From Candidatus Micrarchaeota archaeon (lineage in GTDB: Archaea > Iainarchaeota > Iainarchaeia > Iainarchaeales > JAGVWC01), in NCBI GenBank assembly GCA_043803815.1, contig JAZDJR010000017.1, positions 1-47,581 of the forward strand: a stretch of DNA of 47,581 bases. The letters run 5' to 3'. The notes beneath the pieces were generated by a model. It saw only the letters and a list, made by a program, of their open reading frames with translations, was not told the DNA's origin and did no database searches. Below, in pieces: positions 1 to 9,242 of the stretch; position 1 is the first letter of the stretch; each line of letters begins with the position of its first letter. The position numbers were made by a program, and so were the translations under genes.

Positions 1-56
1 GCCTCCAAAGAGCGGGGCGCAAGCCCCGCTGCGCCGACAAAAACAAAAATGATATT

Positions 57-326
57 TCACACTAAAAAATAGTGCGACCTCTCATCTGCGGGTCTTCCGC
101 TACGCTCCAGACCCGCAAGTATTCCCGGCCGCCTGAATAAAAAGAAAATCAACGCCGTTTGGGCCGCCCAAAAAGAAAAGAACGCAAAAAGGAAAACAGC
201 CAGTCCCACTTCTGGTGATATCCCGCCAAAACCAAGCGGTACTCCACCGGACAATTGTGCGAAAACAAGCGTTGCGAAAATAACCAAAAACAAAGGAACA
301 ATTGCCGCGTGTTTAATCCAATTCAT
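57..326 (-). CDS. Small hypothetical membrane protein (signal-like N-terminus plus one TM helix)
   Basis: 89-aa ORF with two hydrophobic stretches and a TTAAATA box just upstream; no recognisable family. Confidence 0.5.
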   Translation of the reverse strand: MNWIKHAAIVPLFLVIFATLVFAQLSGGVPLGFGGISPEVGLAVFLFAFFSFWAAQTALIFFLFRRPGILAGLERSGRPADERSHYFLV

Positions 327-406
327 GCCAAATAGTATACGATTTCGCTATTTAATAGTTTGGAAATTAAGGAATTAAAAAAAAGAAAAAGAAAAAAAGC
401 GTTTTT

Positions 407-1081
407 TTACTTGGACGCTTCTTTTCGGATTTCGTCGGCCCAATGGATAATGTCTTTTTTGAACGCCAAGGCAAACAAAACGCCTGCAATGACGGCCAGG
501 GCAATGACCAAAACCGTAAAGCCGATTCGGAACGCATCAATTAAGATAGTCGTGTTGATTCCAACCATTTGCAGGGCCAAAACAATGGTCACGTAAATGA
601 TGAGAATTTCGACTATTGCTCCGATCGTCTTTTTGTACTTATAATCGGTCGCATCCACGTGGTTTCTAAGCCAGCGCGCCAAGAGCAGTCCCAGCATCAG
701 TAAAATCAACGCGGCGATTCCGCTGTTGACTAACGTGATGAAGAACTCGGTGAACTGGCGTAAAACATTCAGTTGAATCAAAGCAACGGCTTGCGCCAAA
801 AAAATGGCAATTACATACCATTTCGTGAAGCTTCCAATCAAATGAGATACGTGGTGATTTCCGATTGCGGCTTTGAGTTTTTGCTCTTCAATCCACTGGT
901 CGATTTTCGTTTCTTCCAAGATTCGGGTTACGATGCGCTTGAGCACGATTCCCAAGGCGATACCGACAATGATCAGAAGCAACGCTCCGAACAGCCCCGG
1001 CAATACGCGAAGAAAATCCGCCCAAAGAGTCAATACCGCAACGGTAAGACCGTTTGAAAGTTCCGATAGCAAATCAACCAT
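407..1081 (-). CDS. Multi-pass membrane protein, MscS-associated/CmpX-type TM-helix repeat family
   Basis: LPGLFGALLLIIVGIALG-type helices, KIDQW loop and repeated helix pairs typical of the conserved TM_helix repeat proteins. Confidence 0.7.
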   Translation of the reverse strand: MVDLLSELSNGLTVAVLTLWADFLRVLPGLFGALLLIIVGIALGIVLKRIVTRILEETKIDQWIEEQKLKAAIGNHHVSHLIGSFTKWYVIAIFLAQAVALIQLNVLRQFTEFFITLVNSGIAALILLMLGLLLARWLRNHVDATDYKYKKTIGAIVEILIIYVTIVLALQMVGINTTILIDAFRIGFTVLVIALAVIAGVLFALAFKKDIIHWADEIRKEASK

Positions 1082-1112
1082 ATTTAAATCACTGCATAAA
1101 CAAAAACTTTTG

Positions 1113-1130
1113 AGTATTTAAACCTTTTTA
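1113..1130 (-). promoter_or_regulatory. Putative archaeal BRE/TATA promoter of the 407..1081 gene
   Basis: Minus strand AAAAAGGTTTAAATACTC about 35 nt upstream of the ATG. Confidence 0.45.
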
Positions 1131-1287
1131 AAGGCGGTTCGAATCCGAAAGAAACCAAGTCCAAACAGAGGACTAAATCCAAAAAAAAGGAAAATTCGGG
1201 CGAAACGTTCAAAAAAAAGAAAAAGAAAAGAAATAGGGGAAACGAACCGTTTTCCCTTTCCTATGACTAAATAGTTTTTTCAGGTTC

Positions 1288-1357
1288 CCAATTTTTGCCA
1301 TTGGCAAAAATTGGCCCTTTTTGGCATTGCCAAAATTGGGTTTTTGCCATGCAAAAA
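1288..1357. repeat. Three tandem related palindromes downstream of the thermosome gene
   Basis: CCAATTTTTGCCA-T-TGGCAAAAATTGG (1288-1314), TTTTGGCA-T-TGCCAAAA (1319-1335), TTTTTGC-CAT-GCAAAAA (1341-1357). Confidence 0.8.
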
Positions 1358-1366
1358 AAGCTGAAT

Positions 1367-3013
1367 CTACATGTCCATTCCGCCGCCCATGCCTTCCATT
1401 CCGGGAGGCATTCCGCCGGCACCGTGCGGCTTGGAGGTTCCCGCGATGATGTCGTCGATTCGCAAAATCATTTCCGCGACTTCGCTTGCACTCGTGACCG
1501 CCTGGATTTTGATGGCCAAGGGTTCGATGACTTTTTGGGCTTTCATGTTCGCGATTTTTCCTTCGTAAACATCGACGCCGAAATACTTGCCGTCTTTTTG
1601 CCCGTGCTTTGAGCGAAGCGAAACAATGGTGTCCAAGGGATCCATTCCCGCGCTTTCGGCAAGGGTTCTTGGAATGAATTCCAGTGTTTCCGCGAACGCT
1701 TCAATGGCTAATTGTTCTCTTCCGCCGACGGTGTTGGCGTATTGGCGCAGTTTGTGGCTAACGGCCGCTTCGGCCGCTCCGCCGCCAATCACGAATTTGC
1801 CCGAGCGGATACAAGCCGCCAAGGCTCCAATCGCGTCGTGCAAGGCGCGTTCGGCTTCGTCGACTACGTGTTCGGAACCGCCGCGAACCAGAATGGAAAC
1901 CGCTTTGGGGTTTTTGCAGCCCGAAACGAAAACCATGTTGTCCCCGGCAATTTTTTTTTCTTCGACCAAATCCGCGCGGCCCAAATCGTCCTTGCTCAAG
2001 TCTTCAAGGCGCGAAACGACTTTTCCGCCGGTGGCTTTGGCTAACGCATCCACGTCGCTTTTTTTAACGCGGCGAATCGCGACGATTCCTTCTTTGGCCA
2101 AAAAATGCTGGGCCATGTCGTCGATTCCTTTTTGGCAAATCAAAACGTTAGCGCCGCTGTCCTTGACCGAGGCCACCATTTTGCGGAGCATGTGCTCTTC
2201 CTGGTCCAGAAACGACTGCAATTGGTCGGGAGAGGTAATCTGGATTTTGGCGTCGGTTTCGGTTTCTTTTATTTCAAACGCCGCATCCACCAAGGCGATT
2301 TTGGCTGAGGACACTTTTCTCGGCATTCCCGTATGGACGATTTCCTTATCCACGATAATTCCTTTGACCAGTTCGGAGTTGTTCAGGCCGGCACCGGTTT
2401 TTTTTTCGACTTTAATCGAATCCATATCGATAACGGTCTTGTTTTCCCGTTCGTCGGCAACCATCATTATCGCGTCAACGACCAAGTTGGTCAAAGCTTC
2501 GGCTCCTTCCGCGGCTTTTCCCGTCATTGCGGTCAAGGCCAGGTCGCGAAGCAATGCTTTGTCCTTAATCGAAACGGTTTCGCTGATTTCGTCGTAAAAT
2601 TCCTTGGCTTTTTTGGACGCCATCCGGTAACCCTTGATGATAACCGTCGGATGGATGTCATCGTCCAATAATTTTTCGGCTTTTTCGAGTAAGGTTCCCG
2701 CCAAAACGGTTGCGGTAGTGGTTCCATCGCCGACTTCAGTGTCCTGGGTTTTGGCCACTTCAACCATCATTTTGCCGACGGGATGATTAATCGCCATTTC
2801 CTGCAAAATTGTAGCGCCGTCGTTGCTGATGGTAATGTCGCCGAGTTCGTCGACAATCATCTTGTCCATTCCTTTCGGCCCGAGCGTGGAGCGCACGGCA
2901 TTGGCAACCGCCTTGGCCACCAAAATATTGATTCTTTGGGCATCCTTGCCGCGGGTTCGTTTGGAACCTTCAGGCAAAAACACAACATTTTCGCTTTGTC
3001 CGGAATTGCTCAT
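1367..3013 (-). CDS. ths: Thermosome subunit (group II chaperonin)
   Basis: [33 protein letters not shown] motifs and GGM-rich tail; start reassigned to ATG 3013 behind a GGAGGT RBS (3021-3026). Confidence 0.98.
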   Translation of the reverse strand: MSNSGQSENVVFLPEGSKRTRGKDAQRINILVAKAVANAVRSTLGPKGMDKMIVDELGDITISNDGATILQEMAINHPVGKMMVEVAKTQDTEVGDGTTTATVLAGTLLEKAEKLLDDDIHPTVIIKGYRMASKKAKEFYDEISETVSIKDKALLRDLALTAMTGKAAEGAEALTNLVVDAIMMVADERENKTVIDMDSIKVEKKTGAGLNNSELVKGIIVDKEIVHTGMPRKVSSAKIALVDAAFEIKETETDAKIQITSPDQLQSFLDQEEHMLRKMVASVKDSGANVLICQKGIDDMAQHFLAKEGIVAIRRVKKSDVDALAKATGGKVVSRLEDLSKDDLGRADLVEEKKIAGDNMVFVSGCKNPKAVSILVRGGSEHVVDEAERALHDAIGALAACIRSGKFVIGGGAAEAAVSHKLRQYANTVGGREQLAIEAFAETLEFIPRTLAESAGMDPLDTIVSLRSKHGQKDGKYFGVDVYEGKIANMKAQKVIEPLAIKIQAVTSASEVAEMILRIDDIIAGTSKPHGAGGMPPGMEGMGGGMDM

Positions 3014-3070
3014 TAGAATTACCTCCTTGGTAAAAAAATCGCAAAAGTTGAGTAAGTATTGATGGATATG

Positions 3071-3088
3071 AATGTTATAAAAACCTTG
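3071..3088 (-). promoter_or_regulatory. Putative TATA box of the thermosome gene
   Basis: Minus strand AAGGTTTTTATAACAT about 60 nt upstream of the start. Confidence 0.45.
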
Positions 3089-3274
3089 GTCAAACGGGTT
3101 TTTTAGCCAATTAAGGAAAGTTTTAAGGACAAACAAGGTTTTTTCCGGCAGGATTCCGCGACCATAGTTTTTGCCGGAAAAGCGGTAAAAAAAGAGACTG
3201 TTTTTTCAAAGAAACCGCGGCTTAGGTCCGATTTATTAACATTTAAGCCGTGTTCTGTAAAAGGAGCGATTTTT

Positions 3275-3592
3275 ATGAAAAAAGGAAAAACAACGAAAGC
3301 ACGCAAACCGGAAAAAATGGTTTTGGAAGCAAGCGACGAAGATTTCGACCCTGAAGCGGAATGCGATTGCCACTCCGAAGAATGCTGCTGCGAAAGCGAC
3401 GGCAAAATGGAAATGAGCAGGGAAGAAATGGGCCGAATGTTCACGGACGCGGCATCCGACGTCTGGATGAAAATGTTTTTGCAGGCCTGCGAAAAAGAAT
3501 GGCAAAAGCAAGCCGGAAAAAACATCCAAAAAATGGCGGCGGAATACGTCAAAAAATCCAAAGTGCAATGGGAACAAAGCAAAGGAAAGTAG
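3275..3592 (+). CDS. Small hypothetical protein with Cys/His-rich acidic motif (possible metal binding)
   Basis: AAGGAG RBS; CDCHSEECCC motif followed by a helical C-terminus. Confidence 0.75.
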   Translation: MKKGKTTKARKPEKMVLEASDEDFDPEAECDCHSEECCCESDGKMEMSREEMGRMFTDAASDVWMKMFLQACEKEWQKQAGKNIQKMAAEYVKKSKVQWEQSKGK

Positions 3593-3787
3593 CGTTTTCT
3601 TTTCCCTGTTTTTTTATTTCGTTTTTTCCTATTTTTTATCACGTTTTTTATCCTGTTTTTTTACCTTATTTTTTTGCGTTGTTTTTTTGCCTTACTTTTT
3701 CGGCGATTAACCGTTGGCTTCGTTTTTAATCCGTTTTCGGCTTCGAAAGTTTTAAATCCCCGAATCGCGTTAATTTGAACGATTGAA

Positions 3788-4522
3788 ATGATGGGAGAAG
3801 TTGAACGGGTTCCAACCGGCATTCCGGGACTGGACCCGCTGATTCAAAACGGCTTTGCCAAAGGCTCGGCCAATCTTGTGGCTGGAACTCCCGGCACGGG
3901 AAAAACGATTTTTTGCATTCAGGTGCTGTACAACGCGGCTTTGCAGAAAAAAAACTGCCTGTTTGTTTCTTTTGAACAATCCGGCGAAGACATCAAAAAA
4001 CAAATGGCGCAATTCGGCTGGGAATTTGAAAAAGCCACTCCATACTTCAAAATGCTGGCAACCACGTATGACGACCCCGCGTTTTTCCAGCAGTTAATGG
4101 CGGAAGTCAAAAACAAAAAACTGGACATGGTTGCCATCGATTCCTTGGCGTCGATTATTATCGACCCGTACGATGTGTTCGGCTCTCCCGATTTTGGAAT
4201 CATGAAAATGCTCAAGCAAGGCGTGAACCTGCCATTGGATGTTTCCGCATTGTCGCGCATGAAAGTCAAAAAAGTAATCGACACTGTCAAGAGAAGCGGA
4301 GCTACATCGTTACTCACCGGCGAAGTGATTCGCCAGCAAGGCGGGTTTTCGCGCGACACCATTTCCGACTTTTTGGCGGATTCGATTATTTTATTGCAGC
4401 ACAACCCCACGGCCGGCGCAACCAACCGAACGCTTACCCTGGAAAAAATGCGGTTGACCAAAATCGACGACCTGATTCACCCGCTTCAAATCACCAGCCA
4501 AGGCATCAAGCTCGTAGGCTGA
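3788..4522 (+). CDS. KaiC/RAD55-family single-domain ATPase
   Basis: RVPTGIPGLD, Walker A GTPGTGKT, VSFEQ, Walker B VAIDSL, EKMR; TTTTAAAT box upstream. Confidence 0.92.
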   Translation: MMGEVERVPTGIPGLDPLIQNGFAKGSANLVAGTPGTGKTIFCIQVLYNAALQKKNCLFVSFEQSGEDIKKQMAQFGWEFEKATPYFKMLATTYDDPAFFQQLMAEVKNKKLDMVAIDSLASIIIDPYDVFGSPDFGIMKMLKQGVNLPLDVSALSRMKVKKVIDTVKRSGATSLLTGEVIRQQGGFSRDTISDFLADSIILLQHNPTAGATNRTLTLEKMRLTKIDDLIHPLQITSQGIKLVG

Positions 4523-4582
4523 ATTTTAACGCCAAAACGGGTTCATCGGATTTTAATAAGTAAGCGAATATCCTATTTTTGC

Positions 4583-5197
4583 ATGCCGAGCGATTTGGAT
4601 TTATTTTTAGCCGAACGAAACCTGTTCTTAATCAAAAAAATCTCCAAGGGTTTTGCCGGCGACGTTTTTTTGGTGCAAAACAAACGCAAACAAAACTTCG
4701 CGCTTAAAATCGAACGGCCAAAGTCGCGCCGCCGCGACATGGTCTCCAAAGAAGTGCTGAACCTTCAAAAAGCCAATTCCGCAGGAATCGGGCCAAGCTT
4801 AATCGATTTTGATTTGGGGAAAAAAATAATTTTGATGGAATTTATCCAAGGAAAAGTGTTCGGAAAATGGGTTCTTCAAAAAAACATTTCCAAAACCGCA
4901 TTGGAAAAAACAATCGAAAGCCTGCTTTTCCAAGCAAGACAAATGGATGAAATCGGGTTGGACCACGGCCAGCTGGCTGGACCGGGAAAAAACATTTTAG
5001 TCCGCCCCAACCACGCGGTTTGCATCATTGATTTTGAAAAAGCGAGCCAAAACCGCAGGTGCCACAACGTTCACCAATTGCAAAGTTTTTTGTTTTTCAA
5101 TCCGCACTCGGATATTTCAAACCGGGTGCGAAAAGTGCTGAAAATAAAAAGCGGTGAAAAATCGGCATTTCCTGTCCCGCAGATTCGCCAAGATTGA
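4583..5197 (+). CDS. Archaeal Ser/Thr protein kinase (COG2112/RIO-Bud32-like)
   Basis: ISKGFAGDVF glycine loop, ALK lysine, MEFI hinge, DHGQL...NILV catalytic loop, IIDFE. Confidence 0.85.
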   Translation: MPSDLDLFLAERNLFLIKKISKGFAGDVFLVQNKRKQNFALKIERPKSRRRDMVSKEVLNLQKANSAGIGPSLIDFDLGKKIILMEFIQGKVFGKWVLQKNISKTALEKTIESLLFQARQMDEIGLDHGQLAGPGKNILVRPNHAVCIIDFEKASQNRRCHNVHQLQSFLFFNPHSDISNRVRKVLKIKSGEKSAFPVPQIRQD

Positions 5198-5241
5198 ATC
5201 TGAAAAATTAAAAGAAAAGAAACAGGAATAAAACCGAAAAT

Positions 5242-5667
5242 TTATTTTCTGAATTTTCGGTCGACTTCGTTGATTAAAACGTCGCACGCGGCTTTTACGC
5301 TTTCCAATTGCTTAATCAATCGGACGCGTTCGTGTTCGATGTCCTGCACGTTTTCGTAGGGTTCGACCGCTTCGCGGAGCATGCCGCCGTCCACGTACGA
5401 GTACGGGTGCGTGTTCATTTTTTGGGAAATGCGCTCCACCATTTTGCCGAGCCAGACGTTCATTTCGTCTTTGACCTGGCCTTTGATGATTTTTCCGTCA
5501 TCGAGGTGCTTTCGCATCATGTTGACGATTGTGGCGCGCGGAAAAGGAAGCTTGTCTTCGGGCAATTCAACGCCTTCTTCTTCCAGCTGTTCCATTTGTT
5601 TTATCGAATTGTCATCGCTTTCCGCGGTTTGGGTCGTGTTTTTAGGGGTTTGCTTGACTTTATCCAT
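5242..5667 (-). CDS. Histone-fold protein with acidic N-terminal tail and C-terminal coiled coil (coiled-coil histone type)
   Basis: LPFPRATIVNMMRKHLD alpha1 resembles NF-YB/histone folds; long amphipathic C-terminal helix; GGTGA RBS before ATG 5667. Confidence 0.8.
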   Translation of the reverse strand: MDKVKQTPKNTTQTAESDDNSIKQMEQLEEEGVELPEDKLPFPRATIVNMMRKHLDDGKIIKGQVKDEMNVWLGKMVERISQKMNTHPYSYVDGGMLREAVEPYENVQDIEHERVRLIKQLESVKAACDVLINEVDRKFRK

Positions 5668-5768
5668 TCTTTCACCATCCAAAAAAATTAATCAAAGACC
5701 ATATATTTTGACAATATATTAGTGCAAACTAACAATTTTAAAGCCTGCTGTGCTAAAAAAGAGGTGTT

Positions 5769-8700
5769 TTAGGGGGTGGGGGTGCAGATTTCAACGTCGC
5801 CGTTTTCCGCAAAGTCGGCCCAGTGCGTTGCGTTCGGCAGTTCGTCCAACAGCGCTTTTCGGTTCCAAAAATAGTGCAGGTCGTTTTGGCTTCCGACAAA
5901 CTGGCAGACTTTTCCTTCCTTAACCAGGTCCACGATTTGGGTTAAAGTGTTGGTGTTCCACTCTTGGGTTTGCGAATAACCCAAGGGCAAGGCGATTTGG
6001 GAATTTTCGGCAGGCAGCCATGAGTCGGGCGATAAATACGACGTTCCAACCTGGCACTGGCGAACCAAAACAGTGCTTTGGTTGGTCGGCGCGTACAGCA
6101 CGCTTTCCAAAACCGCTTTTTCGTCTTCGGCTGTTCCCAACCATAAAAATCCGCGGCTGTCGGCATTCGCGGTGCAGGCAGTTTCGTTGGGAACTTCATC
6201 CGCTTTCAAAAACAAGGGCGGCTGGTTGTTAAATCCGCGGCAGGCATTCGGGCTTCCGGCAATTCCGCTCCACGAGCCGATGGACTGATCTTGCGGAACC
6301 GAAACGTCTTGGTTGGTTTGCTGCAGCAAAAAAAATCCCTGTCCGGAATTATTCAGGGAAACGATTTTCATGGCAACCGGAGTCGCGCTGACGGAAGAAA
6401 TGACTGCGGTTCCGGGAGTTGAGCCGTTTGGAAGCGCCAGTTCGAACAATTTTCCGCGCTGCGAAATTTCATTGGTCTGCAAAAAGGTTGTCTTTGCTTC
6501 CGCGTTAAACAAACTCAAGGCGTTTCCCTGCGAATAACCGGCGACCTCGCCGGAAATCGCAAGCACGTCTCCGGCAAAATGACTTCCGTAATTGTCACGG
6601 CCGATGACGGTTTCGCCTTGGCGCTTGGTGGCGCCGACGCTTCCGTCAAAAGCAACCCAATACAGCGGATGGGGCGGATCCGGATCCAGCAATTTTTCGA
6701 GGGTAATAATTACATCGGCCGCGGGCTCTCCTAACGGAGTAAAAAACGAGTTTGGCATTCCGCGGTCAATATGGACCGTATATTTTCCGGGAGAATCCAA
6801 GCGCTGGGCGCTGCTTTGACCAATCACTTGGAAATGCAAATGCAAGGATTCCTGCAGGTACTTATGCCAGTTGTCTTTGTAAGACTGCGGCGTGTCGTAA
6901 AAATTCACGCCCATCATGTAATGATCAAAGTCCAGCAAAAAGTCGGTTGAAAAGCCGTCCTTTATCAGGTTCGCATTAAAGTCGTACGCCAAAGGACTTC
7001 CGATGTTCCTGGCTTCGAACTGGTAATTGTTTTCCAGCCGGTCAATAACCGACATTAAAAACTGGGTGGAATCGCAAAAAAAGCCGCTTGCCGCATTTGA
7101 AACGCACGAGTTGACATCGATTGCACTCCAGTTCCAAGCCAATTTGACGGAAGGCACGGCAGGGGGACCGGTTTTTCCGATAAATTGCCGGTCTTCTGAT
7201 ACGCATTCTCCGGAACTGCCCGCGTCCAGTTTTAGAATGGCATAATCGGTTTTGCTTGAATCGGATAACGGAACGATTCCACTTGTCTTGCCTGGATTTA
7301 CGCGGTCAAAAATTTTGATGCGGGCATAATTGTTCGGACCGAACAACTGCTGGTTTTGAATGTTGAACCGAACCAAGCCTTCTTTTGAAGCGGCCGAATC
7401 GTAATTGATTTTGAATGCCGAAATCGGGTCGGGCTGGACCGAACAGTTAAAACAATACAAGCCGGTTTTGGAATCCGCGGAATCAAACGCCATGATTTGG
7501 GGAAACGATTCGCCGGGATTTTCGGCAAAGCGAAACTTGAACCACAAATTATACCACAACGCGGAATCGGGGTCAACTCCGACATCAAACCGGAATTTGG
7601 GCAAATACAAATTGGGCAAGTCGGACGGAACCGCTGCACCCTGAACAACGGATAAACAACTATCGGAGCCGCTGTCGCATAAGCCGTGTCGTTCGTCCGA
7701 ATACGCATCGCAATACAATCCGTTGATTTGAGCAGGAACGCCGCTAAACGGAACCACTGATGTTCCGCAGCCGACTTCGTCCGGAGACCAGCATTTGATG
7801 TTGTTTCCGGCTGCGCCGGGATTGTTCGCGCAGCGCGTATCAATGTCATTGCATTTCCAGCCGATAGTGGAGCCTTGCCAATAGGATTGGCAAACGCTTG
7901 CATGAGGCAGGCAGGCACTTGGAACCAACTGGGCTCCGCAGGCGACATCGTTTGGGGATATTCTGCAATTATCCGGACATTCGCACTGCCAGGTAGTCGT
8001 GTTGCAGACACCCCCTTGCGCGCATTGGGTTCCTTTGTCCAAGTTTCCGCAGACTGCTTTGGGTGCGGTGCAGCCGTTGTTTGGATTGCTGCAACAGGTT
8101 GGAGGAAGGGTTCCGCAGGGATAATTTGCTTTATCATAATTCAAGCATTCGGCTGGGCATACTTCCACGCATTGGAACGTGTTCGGGTCACAGACTTGGT
8201 TTGTTTCGCAATGCAAATCTTCCGTGCACTGCACGCAGGCTCCGCTTGCGGGGTTGCAGTGCAAAGAACCGCATGTAGCGCCCGGCGTTGTGCAGGGAAC
8301 CTTAAAGGATTCCGTGAAAGGGGCAATTGAGGTGGTGGTTCCAGTTTCCAGAATGTCGCAAGAAGGGGAATCGCCGTCGCAATTCGGGCCGCTGATTTCT
8401 AAAACTCCGTCATCCGAATCGCAGGTGTTCTGGGTTTGCCATGTCACGGGGCAAAACGCGCAACTGTCGCGCCGGCCCGAAGCAACTTTTTTATTCACTG
8501 AAAAATTGAACGTGGCTGTGGTTCCCGAAATGGCGCTTGAAAAATTCGTGAGCGTGTATTGCTCGAATCGCTTTCGGTAGTCTTCCCAGTGGTTTAGGAA
8601 TTGACCGTTGACCATTTCCGGCGGAACCCAAGGGGGAGTACACGGAAGGGGCCACGGAGGGCACCAATAATCGCCGGTGACTTTATAGCACTCGTAAGGA

Positions 8701-9242
8701 AGTTCTTCCCACACTTTCGTACAGCTTGCCCCTTCGCATTTCCAGAGCATGAACGGAACGTCCTCGTAATACCATAAAGGATTGTTTGAACCATAATCAA
8801 GTTGGACGAGCATTTGCGGGAAAATAAATATGTATGAATAAGGGCCGATGTTTGAAACGCCCCATGTCCCAATCTCATTTCCTACCGAGTTCAGAAGAGT
8901 ATGATGCGTATCCCGCGAAATTGATTGGAGCGTCCGGCTTCCTCCGCTCATCATGAAATCATTGCTTGTGCTCATCGTGCGACGGCATTGACGATACCAC
9001 GGCCAGCTTCCACCGTAGGCATGGAGTCCGTATTCCTTGCTCCAGACAGAAATGCGGGCGCCGGAGGGCTCGTGAACAAGGACCACGTTGAACGATTGGT
9101 CGGGGCAGGTAGTGTCCGCTCCGTGCCACTCGTCGATTTCCACATGATACTGGGCGAAAACCCCGCCAAGAGATAGTAAAAAGATTCCTGTGAAGAGCAA
9201 CCAAGTGCGCATTTTTTTTTGAATCGAATTATTGGATTGCAT
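5769..9242 (-). CDS. Large secreted cysteine-rich surface protein
   Basis: Signal peptide ending ...VFAQ; dense Cys repeats such as CVQCTEDLHCETNQVCDPNTFQCV; start overlaps the upstream stop (TGATG). Confidence 0.8.
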   Translation of the reverse strand: MQSNNSIQKKMRTWLLFTGIFLLSLGGVFAQYHVEIDEWHGADTTCPDQSFNVVLVHEPSGARISVWSKEYGLHAYGGSWPWYRQCRRTMSTSNDFMMSGGSRTLQSISRDTHHTLLNSVGNEIGTWGVSNIGPYSYIFIFPQMLVQLDYGSNNPLWYYEDVPFMLWKCEGASCTKVWEELPYECYKVTGDYWCPPWPLPCTPPWVPPEMVNGQFLNHWEDYRKRFEQYTLTNFSSAISGTTATFNFSVNKKVASGRRDSCAFCPVTWQTQNTCDSDDGVLEISGPNCDGDSPSCDILETGTTTSIAPFTESFKVPCTTPGATCGSLHCNPASGACVQCTEDLHCETNQVCDPNTFQCVEVCPAECLNYDKANYPCGTLPPTCCSNPNNGCTAPKAVCGNLDKGTQCAQGGVCNTTTWQCECPDNCRISPNDVACGAQLVPSACLPHASVCQSYWQGSTIGWKCNDIDTRCANNPGAAGNNIKCWSPDEVGCGTSVVPFSGVPAQINGLYCDAYSDERHGLCDSGSDSCLSVVQGAAVPSDLPNLYLPKFRFDVGVDPDSALWYNLWFKFRFAENPGESFPQIMAFDSADSKTGLYCFNCSVQPDPISAFKINYDSAASKEGLVRFNIQNQQLFGPNNYARIKIFDRVNPGKTSGIVPLSDSSKTDYAILKLDAGSSGECVSEDRQFIGKTGPPAVPSVKLAWNWSAIDVNSCVSNAASGFFCDSTQFLMSVIDRLENNYQFEARNIGSPLAYDFNANLIKDGFSTDFLLDFDHYMMGVNFYDTPQSYKDNWHKYLQESLHLHFQVIGQSSAQRLDSPGKYTVHIDRGMPNSFFTPLGEPAADVIITLEKLLDPDPPHPLYWVAFDGSVGATKRQGETVIGRDNYGSHFAGDVLAISGEVAGYSQGNALSLFNAEAKTTFLQTNEISQRGKLFELALPNGSTPGTAVISSVSATPVAMKIVSLNNSGQGFFLLQQTNQDVSVPQDQSIGSWSGIAGSPNACRGFNNQPPLFLKADEVPNETACTANADSRGFLWLGTAEDEKAVLESVLYAPTNQSTVLVRQCQVGTSYLSPDSWLPAENSQIALPLGYSQTQEWNTNTLTQIVDLVKEGKVCQFVGSQNDLHYFWNRKALLDELPNATHWADFAENGDVEICTPTP

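Noticed and set aside
1587-2597. Long antisense ORFs (also 7298-8137, 26947-27699, 28831-29661, 23644-24336, 24567-25328)
   Set aside because: Shadow or alternative frames of well-supported genes with no motifs of their own
3593-3730. Long T-rich tract after the Cys-rich gene
   Set aside because: Low-complexity poly(T) runs are common in intergenic regions here and probably act as ordinary archaeal terminators
3788-4522. Circadian clock KaiC
   Set aside because: Single domain and no kaiA/kaiB; typical archaeal KaiC-like ATPase
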